The notes under the pieces were generated by a model. The model did not search any database. It saw nothing but the letters and a program-made list of their open reading frames with translations, and was not told where the DNA came from. A DNA stretch of 64,000 bases from Rhodospirillales bacterium (lineage in GTDB: Bacteria; Pseudomonadota; Alphaproteobacteria; CACIAM-22H2), in assembly GCA_016794025.1 (NCBI GenBank), contig JAEUKX010000069.1:3980-67979 (forward strand). The letters are read 5' to 3'. The position numbers and the translations under genes were made by a program. Shown here piece by piece: positions 34,991 through 44,772 of this stretch (positions are counted from its first letter, which is position 1; each line of letters begins with the position of its first letter).

Positions 34991-36388
34991 ATGCCCGACT
35001 ATATCGTGAAAGACGTTGCCCTCGCCGAATGGGGCCGCAAGGAACTGTCGATCGCCGAATCCGAGATGCCGGGCCTGATGGCGATCCGCGCCGAGTACGG
35101 CAAGGCGCAGCCGCTGAAGGGCGCGCGCATCGCCGGCTCGCTGCACATGACCATCCAGACGGGCGTGCTGATCGAGACGCTGAAGGCGCTGGGCGCCGAT
35201 GTGCGCTGGGCCTCGTGCAACATTTTCTCGACGCAGGACCATGCCGCCGCCGCCATCGCGGTTGCCGGCACCCCGGTCTTCGCGGTCAAGGGCGAGACGC
35301 TGGTCGATTACTGGGACTACACCCACAAGATCTTCGAGTGGCATGACGGCGGCGTGCCGAACATGATCCTCGATGACGGCGGCGACGCCACGCTGCTCAT
35401 CCATCTCGGCATGAAGGCCGAGAAGGATCTGAAGGTCATCTCGAACCCGACCAACGAGGAGGAGGAAGTCCTCTACGCCGCAATCAAGAAGCGCGTGAAG
35501 GAGCAGCCGGGCTGGTACTCGAAGCTGGGCGCCTCGATCCGCGGCGTGACCGAGGAGACGACCACCGGCGTGCACCGCCTCTACACGATGGAAAAGGATG
35601 GCACGCTGCTGTTCCCGGCCATCAACGTCAACGACTCGGTCACCAAGTCGAAGTTCGACAATCTCTATGGCTGCCGCGAGTCGCTGGTCGACGCGATCCG
35701 CCGCGCCACCGACGTGATGATGGCCGGCAAGATCGCCGTCGTCGCGGGCTTCGGTGACGTGGGCAAGGGTTCGGCCGCCTCGCTGCGCCAGGCCGGTGCC
35801 CGCGTGCTCGTGACCGAGATCGACCCGATCTGCGCGCTGCAGGCGGCGATGGAAGGCTACGAGGTCGTCACGATGGAAGACGCCGCTCCGCGCGGCGACA
35901 TCTTCGTGACCGCCACGGGCAATGTCGACGTCATCACGGTCGATCACATGCGCGCCATGAAGGACCGCGCGATCGTGTGCAACATCGGCCACTTCGACAG
36001 CGAGATCCAGGTCGCGGGCCTGAAGAACTTCAAGTGGAACAACATCAAGCCGCAGGTCGACGAGATCGAGCTTGCCAGCGGCAAGCGCATCCTGCTGCTG
36101 GCCGAGGGCCGTCTCGTGAACCTGGGCTGCGCCACGGGCCACCCCAGCTTCGTGATGTCGTCCTCGTTCTCGAACCAGACGCTCGCCCAGATCGAGCTTT
36201 GGGCGAACCGCGACAACGGCAAGTACCAGAAGAAGGTCTACGTGCTGCCCAAGAAGCTCGACGAGAAGGTGGCGGCCCTGCATCTCGAGAAGATCGGCGT
36301 CAAGCTCTCGAAGCTCACCCCGGCGCAGGCCAAGTACATCAACGTCTCCGAGCAGGGCCCGTTCAAGGCCGACCACTACCGTTACTGA
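34991..36388 (+). CDS. ahcY: Adenosylhomocysteinase
   Basis: [47 protein letters not shown] and GHPSFVMS motifs; ends DHYRY. Confidence 0.97.
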   Translation: MPDYIVKDVALAEWGRKELSIAESEMPGLMAIRAEYGKAQPLKGARIAGSLHMTIQTGVLIETLKALGADVRWASCNIFSTQDHAAAAIAVAGTPVFAVKGETLVDYWDYTHKIFEWHDGGVPNMILDDGGDATLLIHLGMKAEKDLKVISNPTNEEEEVLYAAIKKRVKEQPGWYSKLGASIRGVTEETTTGVHRLYTMEKDGTLLFPAINVNDSVTKSKFDNLYGCRESLVDAIRRATDVMMAGKIAVVAGFGDVGKGSAASLRQAGARVLVTEIDPICALQAAMEGYEVVTMEDAAPRGDIFVTATGNVDVITVDHMRAMKDRAIVCNIGHFDSEIQVAGLKNFKWNNIKPQVDEIELASGKRILLLAEGRLVNLGCATGHPSFVMSSSFSNQTLAQIELWANRDNGKYQKKVYVLPKKLDEKVAALHLEKIGVKLSKLTPAQAKYINVSEQGPFKADHYRY

Positions 36389-36418
36389 GGCGTCGCTCGC
36401 CTCGCACGCCGTATCGGG

Positions 36419-36454
36419 CGGCCGGGTCCTTCGGGGCCCGGCCGTTTTCTTTTT
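36419..36454 (+). terminator. Rho-independent terminator after ahcY
   Basis: CGGCCGGGTCC-TTCG-GGGCCCGGCCG hairpin followed by TTTTCTTTTT. Confidence 0.85.
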
Positions 36455-36505
36455 CCCATCCAAGGGGTCTCGCGCCGAATCGCCCCTCTCGTCTAGGATG
36501 ACGGC

Positions 36506-38536
36506 GTGATCGAACTCTTGACCGGGCTTGCGATCGGGCTTGGGGCGGGCGGGGCAGGATGCCTTGCGCTGCGCGGCCGCCTGCGCGCCGAGCGTGCCAG
36601 GGCCGACGCGGCGGAAGCCGCGCGTGCGGAACTTTCCGTGCGCACGAACCTGCTACGCACCGAACGCGAGGCGGCCGAGGAATCGGCGCGCCGGGTGGAA
36701 GCCGCGCTCGACGCCCTGCCGCTGCCGCTCTGGCGCCGGGACGGCGAACAGCGGCTCGTCTGGTGCAACTCGGCCTACGCGCTGGCCGCGGACTCCGAGC
36801 GTGAAAATCTCCTCGGTGGCGCCAACGGACTTGGCGGCCCCGCACTCAGCCGGCGGCTGTTGGCGCTTGCCAGGCTGGCACTGGCCGCACGCACGGCGCA
36901 AAGCGAGTCCGAGCACGTGGTTGTCGCGGGCGTGCGCCGGCTGTTCGAATTCGTCGAGGCGCCGCTGCCGGATGGCGGCACGGTGGGCATGGCCGTCGAC
37001 CAGACCGAGCGCGAGGACGCCGGCATCGAGCTTGCGCGCCACATCGCCGCCCAGGGCGCAGTGCTCGAGACGATGCCCGTCGCCATCGGCATTTTCGGCG
37101 CCGACAAGCGGCTCAAGTATTTCAACAGCGCCTACGCGCGGCTCTGGCGTGCGGACGAAGCCTGGCTGTCGGGCGAGCCGGAATACGGGGAAATCCTCGA
37201 AAGCCTGCGCGAGCGCCGGCGCCTGCCGGAAGTGGCCGACTTCCGGATGTTCAAGCGCCAGCGCCTGAAGCTGTTCGACACCCTGTTCGAATCGCACGAC
37301 GAACTGATGTACCTGCCGGACGGCACGACGCTGCGCGAACGCTGCATGCCGCATCCGCTGGGCGGACTTCTCTTCGCGTTCGAGGATGTGACCGACCGCC
37401 TCGTGCTCGAACGCTCCTACAACACGCTCATCGCCGTGCAGCGTGCCACGCTCGACAATCTCTATGAAGGCGTTGCCGTGTTCGGCTCGGATGGCCGTCT
37501 CAAGCTTCACAATCCGGCATTCGCGCGCATCTGGGAAATTCCCGACGCGGCCCTCATCGCCGAGCCGCACATCGCCGACGTGGTCGAACGCATGCGCGGC
37601 TTCTATCCCGCCGACGCCGACTGGCCGTCGCTGAAGGAAAGGCTTGTCGAGCGGCTGACCTCGCGCGATGCCGCGAATGCGCGCATCGAGCGCACGGACG
37701 GCCGTGTGCTCGACTATGCACTTGTGCCGCTGCCCGACGGCGCCACGCAGCTCTCGTATGTCGACGTGACCGACAAGGTTCGCGTCGAACAGGCGCTGCG
37801 CGAGCGCGCCGAGGCGCTCGAAGCCGCCGACAGGCTCAAGTCGGAATTCATATCGACCGTATCGTACGAGCTGCGCACGCCGCTCAACACGATCATCGGC
37901 TTCGCCGAACTTCTCTCGAAGCAGTATTTCGGCGAGCTCAACAAGCGCCAGGCGGAGTACTGCGCCGACATCCTTTCCGCGTCGGAAAGGCTGCTTGCCA
38001 TCATCAACGACATCCTCGACCTCGCGTCGATCGATGCCGGGCGCATGACGCTGGAACTCGCCGCCGTCGATCCGATCGCGCTGCTTTCCGACGCCGCGCA
38101 GATCATGGGCGACCTCGCCCGCGAGCGCGAGCTCAGGATCGACGTTGTCCATGCGGACGTGCCGCGGCTGCGCGGCGACGAGCGGCGGCTCAAGCAGGCG
38201 ATGTGCAATCTCGTCTCGAATGCGCTCAAGTTCACGCCGCCGGGCGGTGTTGTCCGCCTGTCGGCGCGCGCGGCAGATCGCATGGTGACGCTGGAAGTTG
38301 CCGACAACGGCGTGGGAATCCCGGCGGCCGACCGGGCGCGCGTCTTCAAGGAATTCGAGCGCGGCACCACACCCGATGCGCGGCGGATGGGCGCGGGCCT
38401 GGGCCTGTCGCTGGTCAAGCGCATCGTCGAACTGCATGGCGGGACGATCGACCTCGACTCCGCGCAGGGCGAAGGGACGGTCGTTACGTGCCGTCTGCCG
38501 CTTTGGGTGCCGGGCGAGAAGGCCGCCGCGGCATAG
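36506..38536 (+). CDS. divL: PAS-domain pseudo-histidine kinase DivL
   Basis: H-box reads VSYELRTPL (Tyr in place of His), PAS-like repeats, HATPase domain (GAGLGL), conserved position between ahcY and tsaE. Confidence 0.8.
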   Translation: MIELLTGLAIGLGAGGAGCLALRGRLRAERARADAAEAARAELSVRTNLLRTEREAAEESARRVEAALDALPLPLWRRDGEQRLVWCNSAYALAADSERENLLGGANGLGGPALSRRLLALARLALAARTAQSESEHVVVAGVRRLFEFVEAPLPDGGTVGMAVDQTEREDAGIELARHIAAQGAVLETMPVAIGIFGADKRLKYFNSAYARLWRADEAWLSGEPEYGEILESLRERRRLPEVADFRMFKRQRLKLFDTLFESHDELMYLPDGTTLRERCMPHPLGGLLFAFEDVTDRLVLERSYNTLIAVQRATLDNLYEGVAVFGSDGRLKLHNPAFARIWEIPDAALIAEPHIADVVERMRGFYPADADWPSLKERLVERLTSRDAANARIERTDGRVLDYALVPLPDGATQLSYVDVTDKVRVEQALRERAEALEAADRLKSEFISTVSYELRTPLNTIIGFAELLSKQYFGELNKRQAEYCADILSASERLLAIINDILDLASIDAGRMTLELAAVDPIALLSDAAQIMGDLARERELRIDVVHADVPRLRGDERRLKQAMCNLVSNALKFTPPGGVVRLSARAADRMVTLEVADNGVGIPAADRARVFKEFERGTTPDARRMGAGLGLSLVKRIVELHGGTIDLDSAQGEGTVVTCRLPLWVPGEKAAAA

Positions 38537-38543
38537 CGTCCCG

Positions 38544-39557
38544 TCAGCTGCCGGGCACGCCCTTGGTCGTCGAGTATTCGAAGTGCAGCACTTCGCCGGG
38601 GTGCACGATCTTGTGGCAGGCGTGCGCGGCGACGGCGGCTTCCGAGAAACCCTGAAGGATCAGCTTCAGCTTGCCGGGATACTGCGCGATGTCGCCGATG
38701 GCGAAGACGCCGGGCGAGGAAGTCTGGCAGGTCGCGGGATCGACGGAGATGTTGCCCTTGACGAGATCGAGCCCCCAGCCGGCGATCGGCCCCAGATTCA
38801 TGGCGAGGCCGAAGAAGGCAAGGAGCGCGTCGGCCTCGAGCTTGCGGATGTTGCCGTCGAGATCCTTGAGGACGACGTGCTTCAGCGCGCCCGGCTCGCC
38901 TTCGAGCGAATCAAGCTGGAACGGCGTGACAAGCTCGATCCTGCCGGCTTTCGCCAGTGCCATGACCTTGTCGACCGTATCGGGCGCGCCGCGAAACTTG
39001 TCGCGGCGGTGGATCACCATCACGTGTGCCGCCACATCGGCCAGCGACAATGTCCAGTCGAGGGCGGAGTCGCCGCCGCCGGCGATCGCCACGCGCTTGC
39101 CGCGGAAATCCTCGCGGCGACGCACGAAATAATGGACCCCCTTGTTTTCGAACTCGTCGATCCGGGCGAGCGGCGGCTTGTTGGGGCCGAAGGCGCCCAC
39201 GCCCGCCGCGAGGATCACGGCCTTGGCCCGGATCCGCGTGCCGGTGCCCGTTTCGAGCACCCAGAACTCGCCGTCGCGCGCGAGCTTCTCCACGCGCTGG
39301 CCCAGATGGTAGGTCGGCGCGAATGGTGCTGCCTGCGCCTGGAGGTTTCCGATCAGCGCGCTTGCCTCGATCTTCGGATAGCCGGGAATGTCGTAGATCG
39401 GCTTCTCGGGGTAGAGCGCGGCGCACTGCCCGCCGGCCATCTCGAGGGCGTCGATCACGTGGCAGCGCATCTTGAGCATGCCGCATTCGAACACGGCGAA
39501 CAGGCCTACGGGGCCCGCGCCGATGATCGCAACGTCGGTCGTGTGGGTATCAGGCAT
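38544..39557 (-). CDS. Ferredoxin-NADP+ reductase, thioredoxin-reductase-like (YumC type)
   Basis: IIGAGPVGLFA, GGQCAALYPEKPIYDIPG, IAGGGDSALDW, FAIGDI and HYSTT-like terminus; no CxxC. Confidence 0.85.
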   Translation of the reverse strand: MPDTHTTDVAIIGAGPVGLFAVFECGMLKMRCHVIDALEMAGGQCAALYPEKPIYDIPGYPKIEASALIGNLQAQAAPFAPTYHLGQRVEKLARDGEFWVLETGTGTRIRAKAVILAAGVGAFGPNKPPLARIDEFENKGVHYFVRRREDFRGKRVAIAGGGDSALDWTLSLADVAAHVMVIHRRDKFRGAPDTVDKVMALAKAGRIELVTPFQLDSLEGEPGALKHVVLKDLDGNIRKLEADALLAFFGLAMNLGPIAGWGLDLVKGNISVDPATCQTSSPGVFAIGDIAQYPGKLKLILQGFSEAAVAAHACHKIVHPGEVLHFEYSTTKGVPGS

Positions 39558-39654
39558 GGGCCGGCAAACTCCGCGGATCGGCTGCTTTCGACAGCGCCAT
39601 TGATAGCGGCCTCGGGCGGGTTTTCAACGGATTTCGGCCCCTGTAGAAGGGAGC

Positions 39655-40131
39655 ATGCTGCCGCCGCCGTCGATTCGCGAACTGGCGCTGCCCGACGAGG
39701 CGGCAACCACGGCGCTTGCCCGCCGGCTGGCGGCAGTCGCCCGGCCGCGCGACGTGCTGGCGCTGTGGGGAGACCTCGGGGCCGGCAAGACGACATTCGC
39801 ACGGGCCTTCGTGGCGGCCCGGGCAGGCAAGCCTGTCGAGGTGCCGAGCCCGACCTTCACGCTTGTCCAGACCTACGACCTGCCCGGCGGTCCGGTCTGG
39901 CATCTCGATCTCTACCGGCTGACGGATTGCGAAGACGTCTGGGAACTTGGCTGGGAAGAAGCGCTGGCCGAAGCGATCGTGCTCGTCGAATGGCCGGAGC
40001 GGCTCGGGCCGCTGCTGCCGGCCGAAAGACTCGACGTGCGGCTTTCCGCCGGGACGCAGCCAGGCGCCCGCACTGTACGCCTTGAAGGACAGGGCGCATG
40101 GCAGGGACGACTGGAGACGGCCGTTGTTTGA
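39655..40131 (+). CDS. tsaE: tRNA threonylcarbamoyladenosine biosynthesis ATPase TsaE
   Basis: GDLGAGKTTFAR, VPSPTFTLVQ, HLDLYRL and LVEWPER motifs. Confidence 0.93.
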   Translation: MLPPPSIRELALPDEAATTALARRLAAVARPRDVLALWGDLGAGKTTFARAFVAARAGKPVEVPSPTFTLVQTYDLPGGPVWHLDLYRLTDCEDVWELGWEEALAEAIVLVEWPERLGPLLPAERLDVRLSAGTQPGARTVRLEGQGAWQGRLETAVV

Positions 40132-41131
40132 ACCCAGGCCCGCATCGCGGCTTTTTCTCGACTCGAACGGCTGGCGCGACGTCGAACCGTCGCCGCTGGC
40201 CGGCGATGCGAGTTTCCGGCGCTATTTCAGGCTGTCCGACGGCGCGCGCCGCGCCGTTCTCATGGATGCGCCGCCGCCGCACGAGGATGTCCGACCGTTC
40301 GTGGCCGTCGCCACGCACCTTTCCGCCCTTGGACTTTCGGCGCCCCGAATCCTCGCGAAGGATCCCCATGCCGGCTTCCTGCTGATCGAGGATTTCGGCG
40401 ACGAGACCTATACCCGTGCCCTTTCTGCTGGTGCGGACGAGCGGTCGCTCTATCTGCTCGCAATCGATGTTCTCGTGGCGCTTCACCGCCATCCGGCCCA
40501 GACAAAGGTCGATGTGCCAGCCTACGATGACGCGACGCTCGACCGCGAGGCGAGCCTGCTCGTCGACTGGTTCCTGCCTGCCTGGCGCGGATCTGCGGTG
40601 CCCGCGGGCGCGATTCGCGATTATCTGGCCGCGTGGCGGCGTGTCTATCCGCTGGCGCGCATCGGTGGGCCGGCGCTCGTTCTGCGCGACTTCCACGTGG
40701 ACAATCTGCTAAGGCTTCCTGCGCGCGGCGGTGCCGCGGCCTGCGGCCTGCTCGATTTCCAGGATGCCCTGATCGGGTCGCGCGCCTACGATGTCGCAAG
40801 CCTCGTCGCGGATGTCCGCCGCGACGTCGATCCGGCGGTCGCAAGGGCCTGCATCGCGCGCTATCTCGACGCGTTTCCCGATCTTCCGCGCCTGGAGTTC
40901 GAGACGGCGGTCGCCATCCTTTCCGCGCAGCGCAACGCGAAGATCGCCGGGATTTTCGTCCGGCTGGCGCGACGGGACGGCAAGCCGCAATATCTGAAGC
41001 ACATCGCGCGGACCTGGCGGCTGCTCGAGAGCGAGCTTGCCCACCCGGCGCTTGCCGAGGTCCGCGCCTGGTTCGACGCACATGTGCCGGCGGGATGGCG
41101 TGCCGCCCCGGCACTCGAGGGAGCCCGATGA
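40124..41131 (+). CDS. amgK: Aminoglycoside-phosphotransferase-family MurNAc/GlcNAc kinase (AmgK-like)
   Basis: LAGDASFRRYFR, LRDFHVDNL, LLDFQDALIG and DGKPQYL motifs; located between tsaE and murU. TTG start inferred. Confidence 0.78.
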   Translation: MFEPRPASRLFLDSNGWRDVEPSPLAGDASFRRYFRLSDGARRAVLMDAPPPHEDVRPFVAVATHLSALGLSAPRILAKDPHAGFLLIEDFGDETYTRALSAGADERSLYLLAIDVLVALHRHPAQTKVDVPAYDDATLDREASLLVDWFLPAWRGSAVPAGAIRDYLAAWRRVYPLARIGGPALVLRDFHVDNLLRLPARGGAAACGLLDFQDALIGSRAYDVASLVADVRRDVDPAVARACIARYLDAFPDLPRLEFETAVAILSAQRNAKIAGIFVRLARRDGKPQYLKHIARTWRLLESELAHPALAEVRAWFDAHVPAGWRAAPALEGAR

Positions 41132-41850
41132 AGCAGATCGAGACTGCGATGGTTCTTGCCGCGGGGCTTGGCAAGCGTATGCGTCCGCTGACCGATACGC
41201 TGCCCAAGCCGCTGGTCCCCGTGGCCGGCCGCACGCTGATCGATCGCGTGATCGACCGGCTGGCGGAGGCGGGCGTCAAGCGCGTCGTCGTCAATCTCCA
41301 CCATCATCGCGCCACGCTCGAAAAACATCTGGCAACGCGGTCGGACGTCGAGCTGATCCTGTCGCCCGAGGCGGACCTGCTTGAAACCGGCGGCGGCGTC
41401 CTCAATGCGCTGCAGCTCATCGGTGACGCACCGTTCTATTGCGCGAATGCCGACGTGCTGTGGTTCGACGGTCCCACGCCGGCGCTCAGGCGGCTTGCGC
41501 AGGTCTGGGATCCCGAAAGCTGTGACGCACTTCTGCTGATGCAGGCCGCCGCCAGCGCGTTCGGCTACGAGGGGCGCGGCGATTATTTCGTCGATCCTGC
41601 CGGCCGCGCGCGTCGGCGCAAGGGCAACGAGGTTGCGCCATTCGTCTATGCGGGCGTGCAGATCCTCCATCCGCGGCGGTTTGCCGGGCTTGTGCCCGGC
41701 CGCTTTTCGCTCAACGTCGTCTATGACGCGGCCGAAGCCGACGGACGCCTGCGCGGCATGCCGCACGACGGGCTTTGGTTCCATGTCGGTACGCCCGAGA
41801 GCATCGTCGAGACCGAGTTCCAGCTGGGCTACCGGCGCGAGCGTCGGTGA
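41128..41850 (+). CDS. murU: N-acetylmuramate-1-phosphate uridylyltransferase (MurU-like nucleotidyltransferase)
   Basis: MVLAAGLGKRMRPLT, PKPL, LETGGG and WFHVGTP motifs. Confidence 0.82.
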   Translation: MKQIETAMVLAAGLGKRMRPLTDTLPKPLVPVAGRTLIDRVIDRLAEAGVKRVVVNLHHHRATLEKHLATRSDVELILSPEADLLETGGGVLNALQLIGDAPFYCANADVLWFDGPTPALRRLAQVWDPESCDALLLMQAAASAFGYEGRGDYFVDPAGRARRRKGNEVAPFVYAGVQILHPRRFAGLVPGRFSLNVVYDAAEADGRLRGMPHDGLWFHVGTPESIVETEFQLGYRRERR

Positions 41851-41856
41851 ACGGAG

Positions 41857-44772
41857 GTGGCGTTGGCAGGCAGCGCCAGGGTCTTCTCGATACCGGCCGG
41901 CATGCCCTTCCTGCCGGCGCTGGCCCGCGGCATCCTCGACGAGCTGGGCCATGATCCGCTGGCGCTGGCGCGGGCGACCGTCCTTCTGCCCAACCGACGT
42001 GCGACGCGCGCCCTGGGCGAGGCGTTTCTGGCCGCCGGCGAGGGCCAGGCGCTGCTGTTGCCGCGCATCGCGGCCGTCGGCGATGTCGACGAGGACGAAC
42101 TCATCCTTACGGGTGACGAGGCGAAACTCGACGCGGCGTTTGCGCCGGCCATCGATCCGGTCGCGCGCAACATGCTGCTGGCGCGGCTCGTGCGCGCGCG
42201 TGGCGGCATCGCACCGTCGCCGGCCGCGGCGTACAAGCTGGCTGGTGCCCTGTGCGAACTGCTCGATGCCGTGCAGATCGAGGAAGTGGGCTTTTCGAAG
42301 TTCGCGCAACTCGTGCCCGCCGAATACGCAGAGCACTGGGGCCAGACGCTCGCCTTTCTCACGATTCTCGAGGAGGCGTGGCCGAAGATCCTGGCCGAGC
42401 GCGGCGAGATGGACCCGCAGGCCCGCCGTGTCGGCCTCGTTCGCGCCCTTGCCGCGCACTGGGAAGCAAAGCCGCCCGGCGCGATCTGGGCGGCAGGTTC
42501 GACCGGATCGGTGCCCGCGACCGCGTATCTCCTGTCCGTCCTCGCGCGCCTGCCGCAGGGCGCCGTCGTGCTGCCGGGGCTCGATCTTTCGGCGGATGCG
42601 GCGACATGGGAAGCGATCGGCGAGGATCCCTCGCATCCGCAATACGGCCTGAACCACCTTCTGCGGCGGATGGAGGTGCTTCGCGACGACGTCAAGCCCT
42701 GGCGCGGGACGCGCGAGGCGCCGCGGGCGGGGCTTGTCGCATCGGCGCTGTTGCCGGCCGTACGGACCGTCCAATGGCGCCAGGCGCAGCGCTTCGACGA
42801 CGGCGCCTTCGCGAGCCTGATCCGGCTGGAGGCAGGCGACGCGGACGGCGAAGCCGGGGCCGTGGCCCTGCTGCTGCGCGAGGCGCTGGAAACGCCGGGC
42901 CGGACCGCGGCCCTTGTCACAGCCGACCGCAATCTCGCCCGGCGCGTGGCGGCGAAGCTTGCGCGGTGGGGTATCGCGATCGACGACACGGCCGGCCGCC
43001 CGCTCGCGCGGACGGCGCCCGCCACACTGCTGCGGCTGCTGGCCGCCTGCGTCCACGATGCGCTTGCGCCGATCGGGCTGCTGGCGCTGCTCAAGCATCC
43101 GCTTGCCGCGATGGGACGCGCGCGCGCGGCCCATCTTGCCGAAGTGCGCCGCCTCGATCGAAGGGTCCTGCGGGGCCCCCGACCCGCACCGGGTCTCGCT
43201 GGCCTGCGCCTGGCGGCCGAAAAGGCCGGCGATCATTCCGCACTGCTCGCAGCGCTCGAAGCCGCGCTTGGCAGCGTGCTCGAGCGGCAGGGCGACTTCC
43301 TGGCGCGGCTCGACGCGCATGTGGCGGCGGCTGAACGCTTCGCCACGCTCGACGACGGCACGTGCCTCCTGTGGAGCGGCGAGGCGGGGGAAGCGCTGGC
43401 CGGGCTTGTCGCGCAACTCCGGGCGGCAGCCCCGCTCTGCGGGACGATCGAGCCCGCCCAGTTCGCCGATTTCCTCGAAGTGCTGCTCGAGGGTGCCACG
43501 TTCCGGCCGGCGCATGGCGGACATCCGCGCCTGTCGATCCGCGGCACGCTCGAGGCGCGTCTTGTCGGCGCCGACCGGGTCATCCTCGGGGGACTCAACG
43601 AAGGGACCTGGCCCGGCGAAGCGCAGGAAGATCCCTGGATGTCGCGCCCGATGCGCGCCGCAGTCGGCCTGTCGCCGCCCGAACGGCAGATCGGCCTGTC
43701 GGCGCACGACTTCGCACAAGCCCTGTCGGGCGCGGATGTCGTTCTCACGCGCGCACGCAAGGTCGACGGGGCGCCGGCGCTGCCGTCTCGCTGGCTCTCT
43801 CGGCTCGAAGCGCTCGTCGGGGCGGATCCGCGCTGGCGCGCCACGCTTGCCGTCGACGCGCTCGCCTGGGACAGGGAACTTGCCGGCGCTGCCGAGAAAG
43901 GTGCGCGACTTGGCCCGCCGCACCCGACCCCGCCCGCCGATGCGCGGCCGGCGCGCCTTTCGGTGACACGTGTCGAACGCCTGCTGCGCGATCCCTATGC
44001 GATCTATGCGCAGTACTGCCTCCGCCTCAGGCCGCTCGAACCCATCGATGCGGATACGGATGCGATGATGCGCGGCAATCTGATCCACGAGGCGCTGCAT
44101 CTTTTCATCGACGCGAACCCGGACCGGATTCCCGCCGATGCGCTGGACCAGCTCGTGGCGATCGGCCGCAGGCTCTTTGCGCCGCTGATGTCGCGCCCCG
44201 TCGTGTCCGCATTCTGGTGGCCGGGCTTCCTTGCGATCGCCGCCTGGTTCGTCGCCGAGGAGCGCCACCGCCGGGCGGCAGGGTTCCGGCCGGTCGTCAC
44301 GGAAACGAAGGGCCAATTGGACCTGGACGGCTTCGAGCTTTACGCCAAGGTTGACCGCATCGACCGGACGGCGGACGGCAAGCTCGTCATCCTCGACTAC
44401 AAGACCGGGCGCACCCCGACGCGAAGGCAGGTCGCTTCGGGTCTTGCCGGCCAGTTGCCCCTAACCGCGGCGATCGCCAAGGCGGGCGGCTTTCCGGGCG
44501 TGCCGGCGGCATCGATCGCCGAACTCGCCTACGTGAAATTCGGCCTGCCCAGCAATCCCGGTGCGCCGTTCGTGGTTGTCCCCTCGCGCGACGTGCCGGA
44601 CGCCAACCTGCTTGCCGAACGCCTCCTGAACGAGCTCAAGGCGCTCGTGCGGCGCTATGCCGATCCGTCCTTTCCCTACCTTTCGCGCCCGCGCCCGATG
44701 TTCGTCGACTGGCCGGGCGACTACGACCATCTCGCACGCTGGCGCGAATGGGCGAGCGGGGGCGAGGAATGA
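41857..44772 (+). CDS. addB: Double-strand break repair protein AddB
   Basis: VLLPNRRA, AGSTGSVPAT, LVTADRNLARRV, LSVTRVERLLRDPYAIYA and KVDRID...DYKTG nuclease motif. Confidence 0.92.
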   Translation: MALAGSARVFSIPAGMPFLPALARGILDELGHDPLALARATVLLPNRRATRALGEAFLAAGEGQALLLPRIAAVGDVDEDELILTGDEAKLDAAFAPAIDPVARNMLLARLVRARGGIAPSPAAAYKLAGALCELLDAVQIEEVGFSKFAQLVPAEYAEHWGQTLAFLTILEEAWPKILAERGEMDPQARRVGLVRALAAHWEAKPPGAIWAAGSTGSVPATAYLLSVLARLPQGAVVLPGLDLSADAATWEAIGEDPSHPQYGLNHLLRRMEVLRDDVKPWRGTREAPRAGLVASALLPAVRTVQWRQAQRFDDGAFASLIRLEAGDADGEAGAVALLLREALETPGRTAALVTADRNLARRVAAKLARWGIAIDDTAGRPLARTAPATLLRLLAACVHDALAPIGLLALLKHPLAAMGRARAAHLAEVRRLDRRVLRGPRPAPGLAGLRLAAEKAGDHSALLAALEAALGSVLERQGDFLARLDAHVAAAERFATLDDGTCLLWSGEAGEALAGLVAQLRAAAPLCGTIEPAQFADFLEVLLEGATFRPAHGGHPRLSIRGTLEARLVGADRVILGGLNEGTWPGEAQEDPWMSRPMRAAVGLSPPERQIGLSAHDFAQALSGADVVLTRARKVDGAPALPSRWLSRLEALVGADPRWRATLAVDALAWDRELAGAAEKGARLGPPHPTPPADARPARLSVTRVERLLRDPYAIYAQYCLRLRPLEPIDADTDAMMRGNLIHEALHLFIDANPDRIPADALDQLVAIGRRLFAPLMSRPVVSAFWWPGFLAIAAWFVAEERHRRAAGFRPVVTETKGQLDLDGFELYAKVDRIDRTADGKLVILDYKTGRTPTRRQVASGLAGQLPLTAAIAKAGGFPGVPAASIAELAYVKFGLPSNPGAPFVVVPSRDVPDANLLAERLLNELKALVRRYADPSFPYLSRPRPMFVDWPGDYDHLARWREWASGGEE

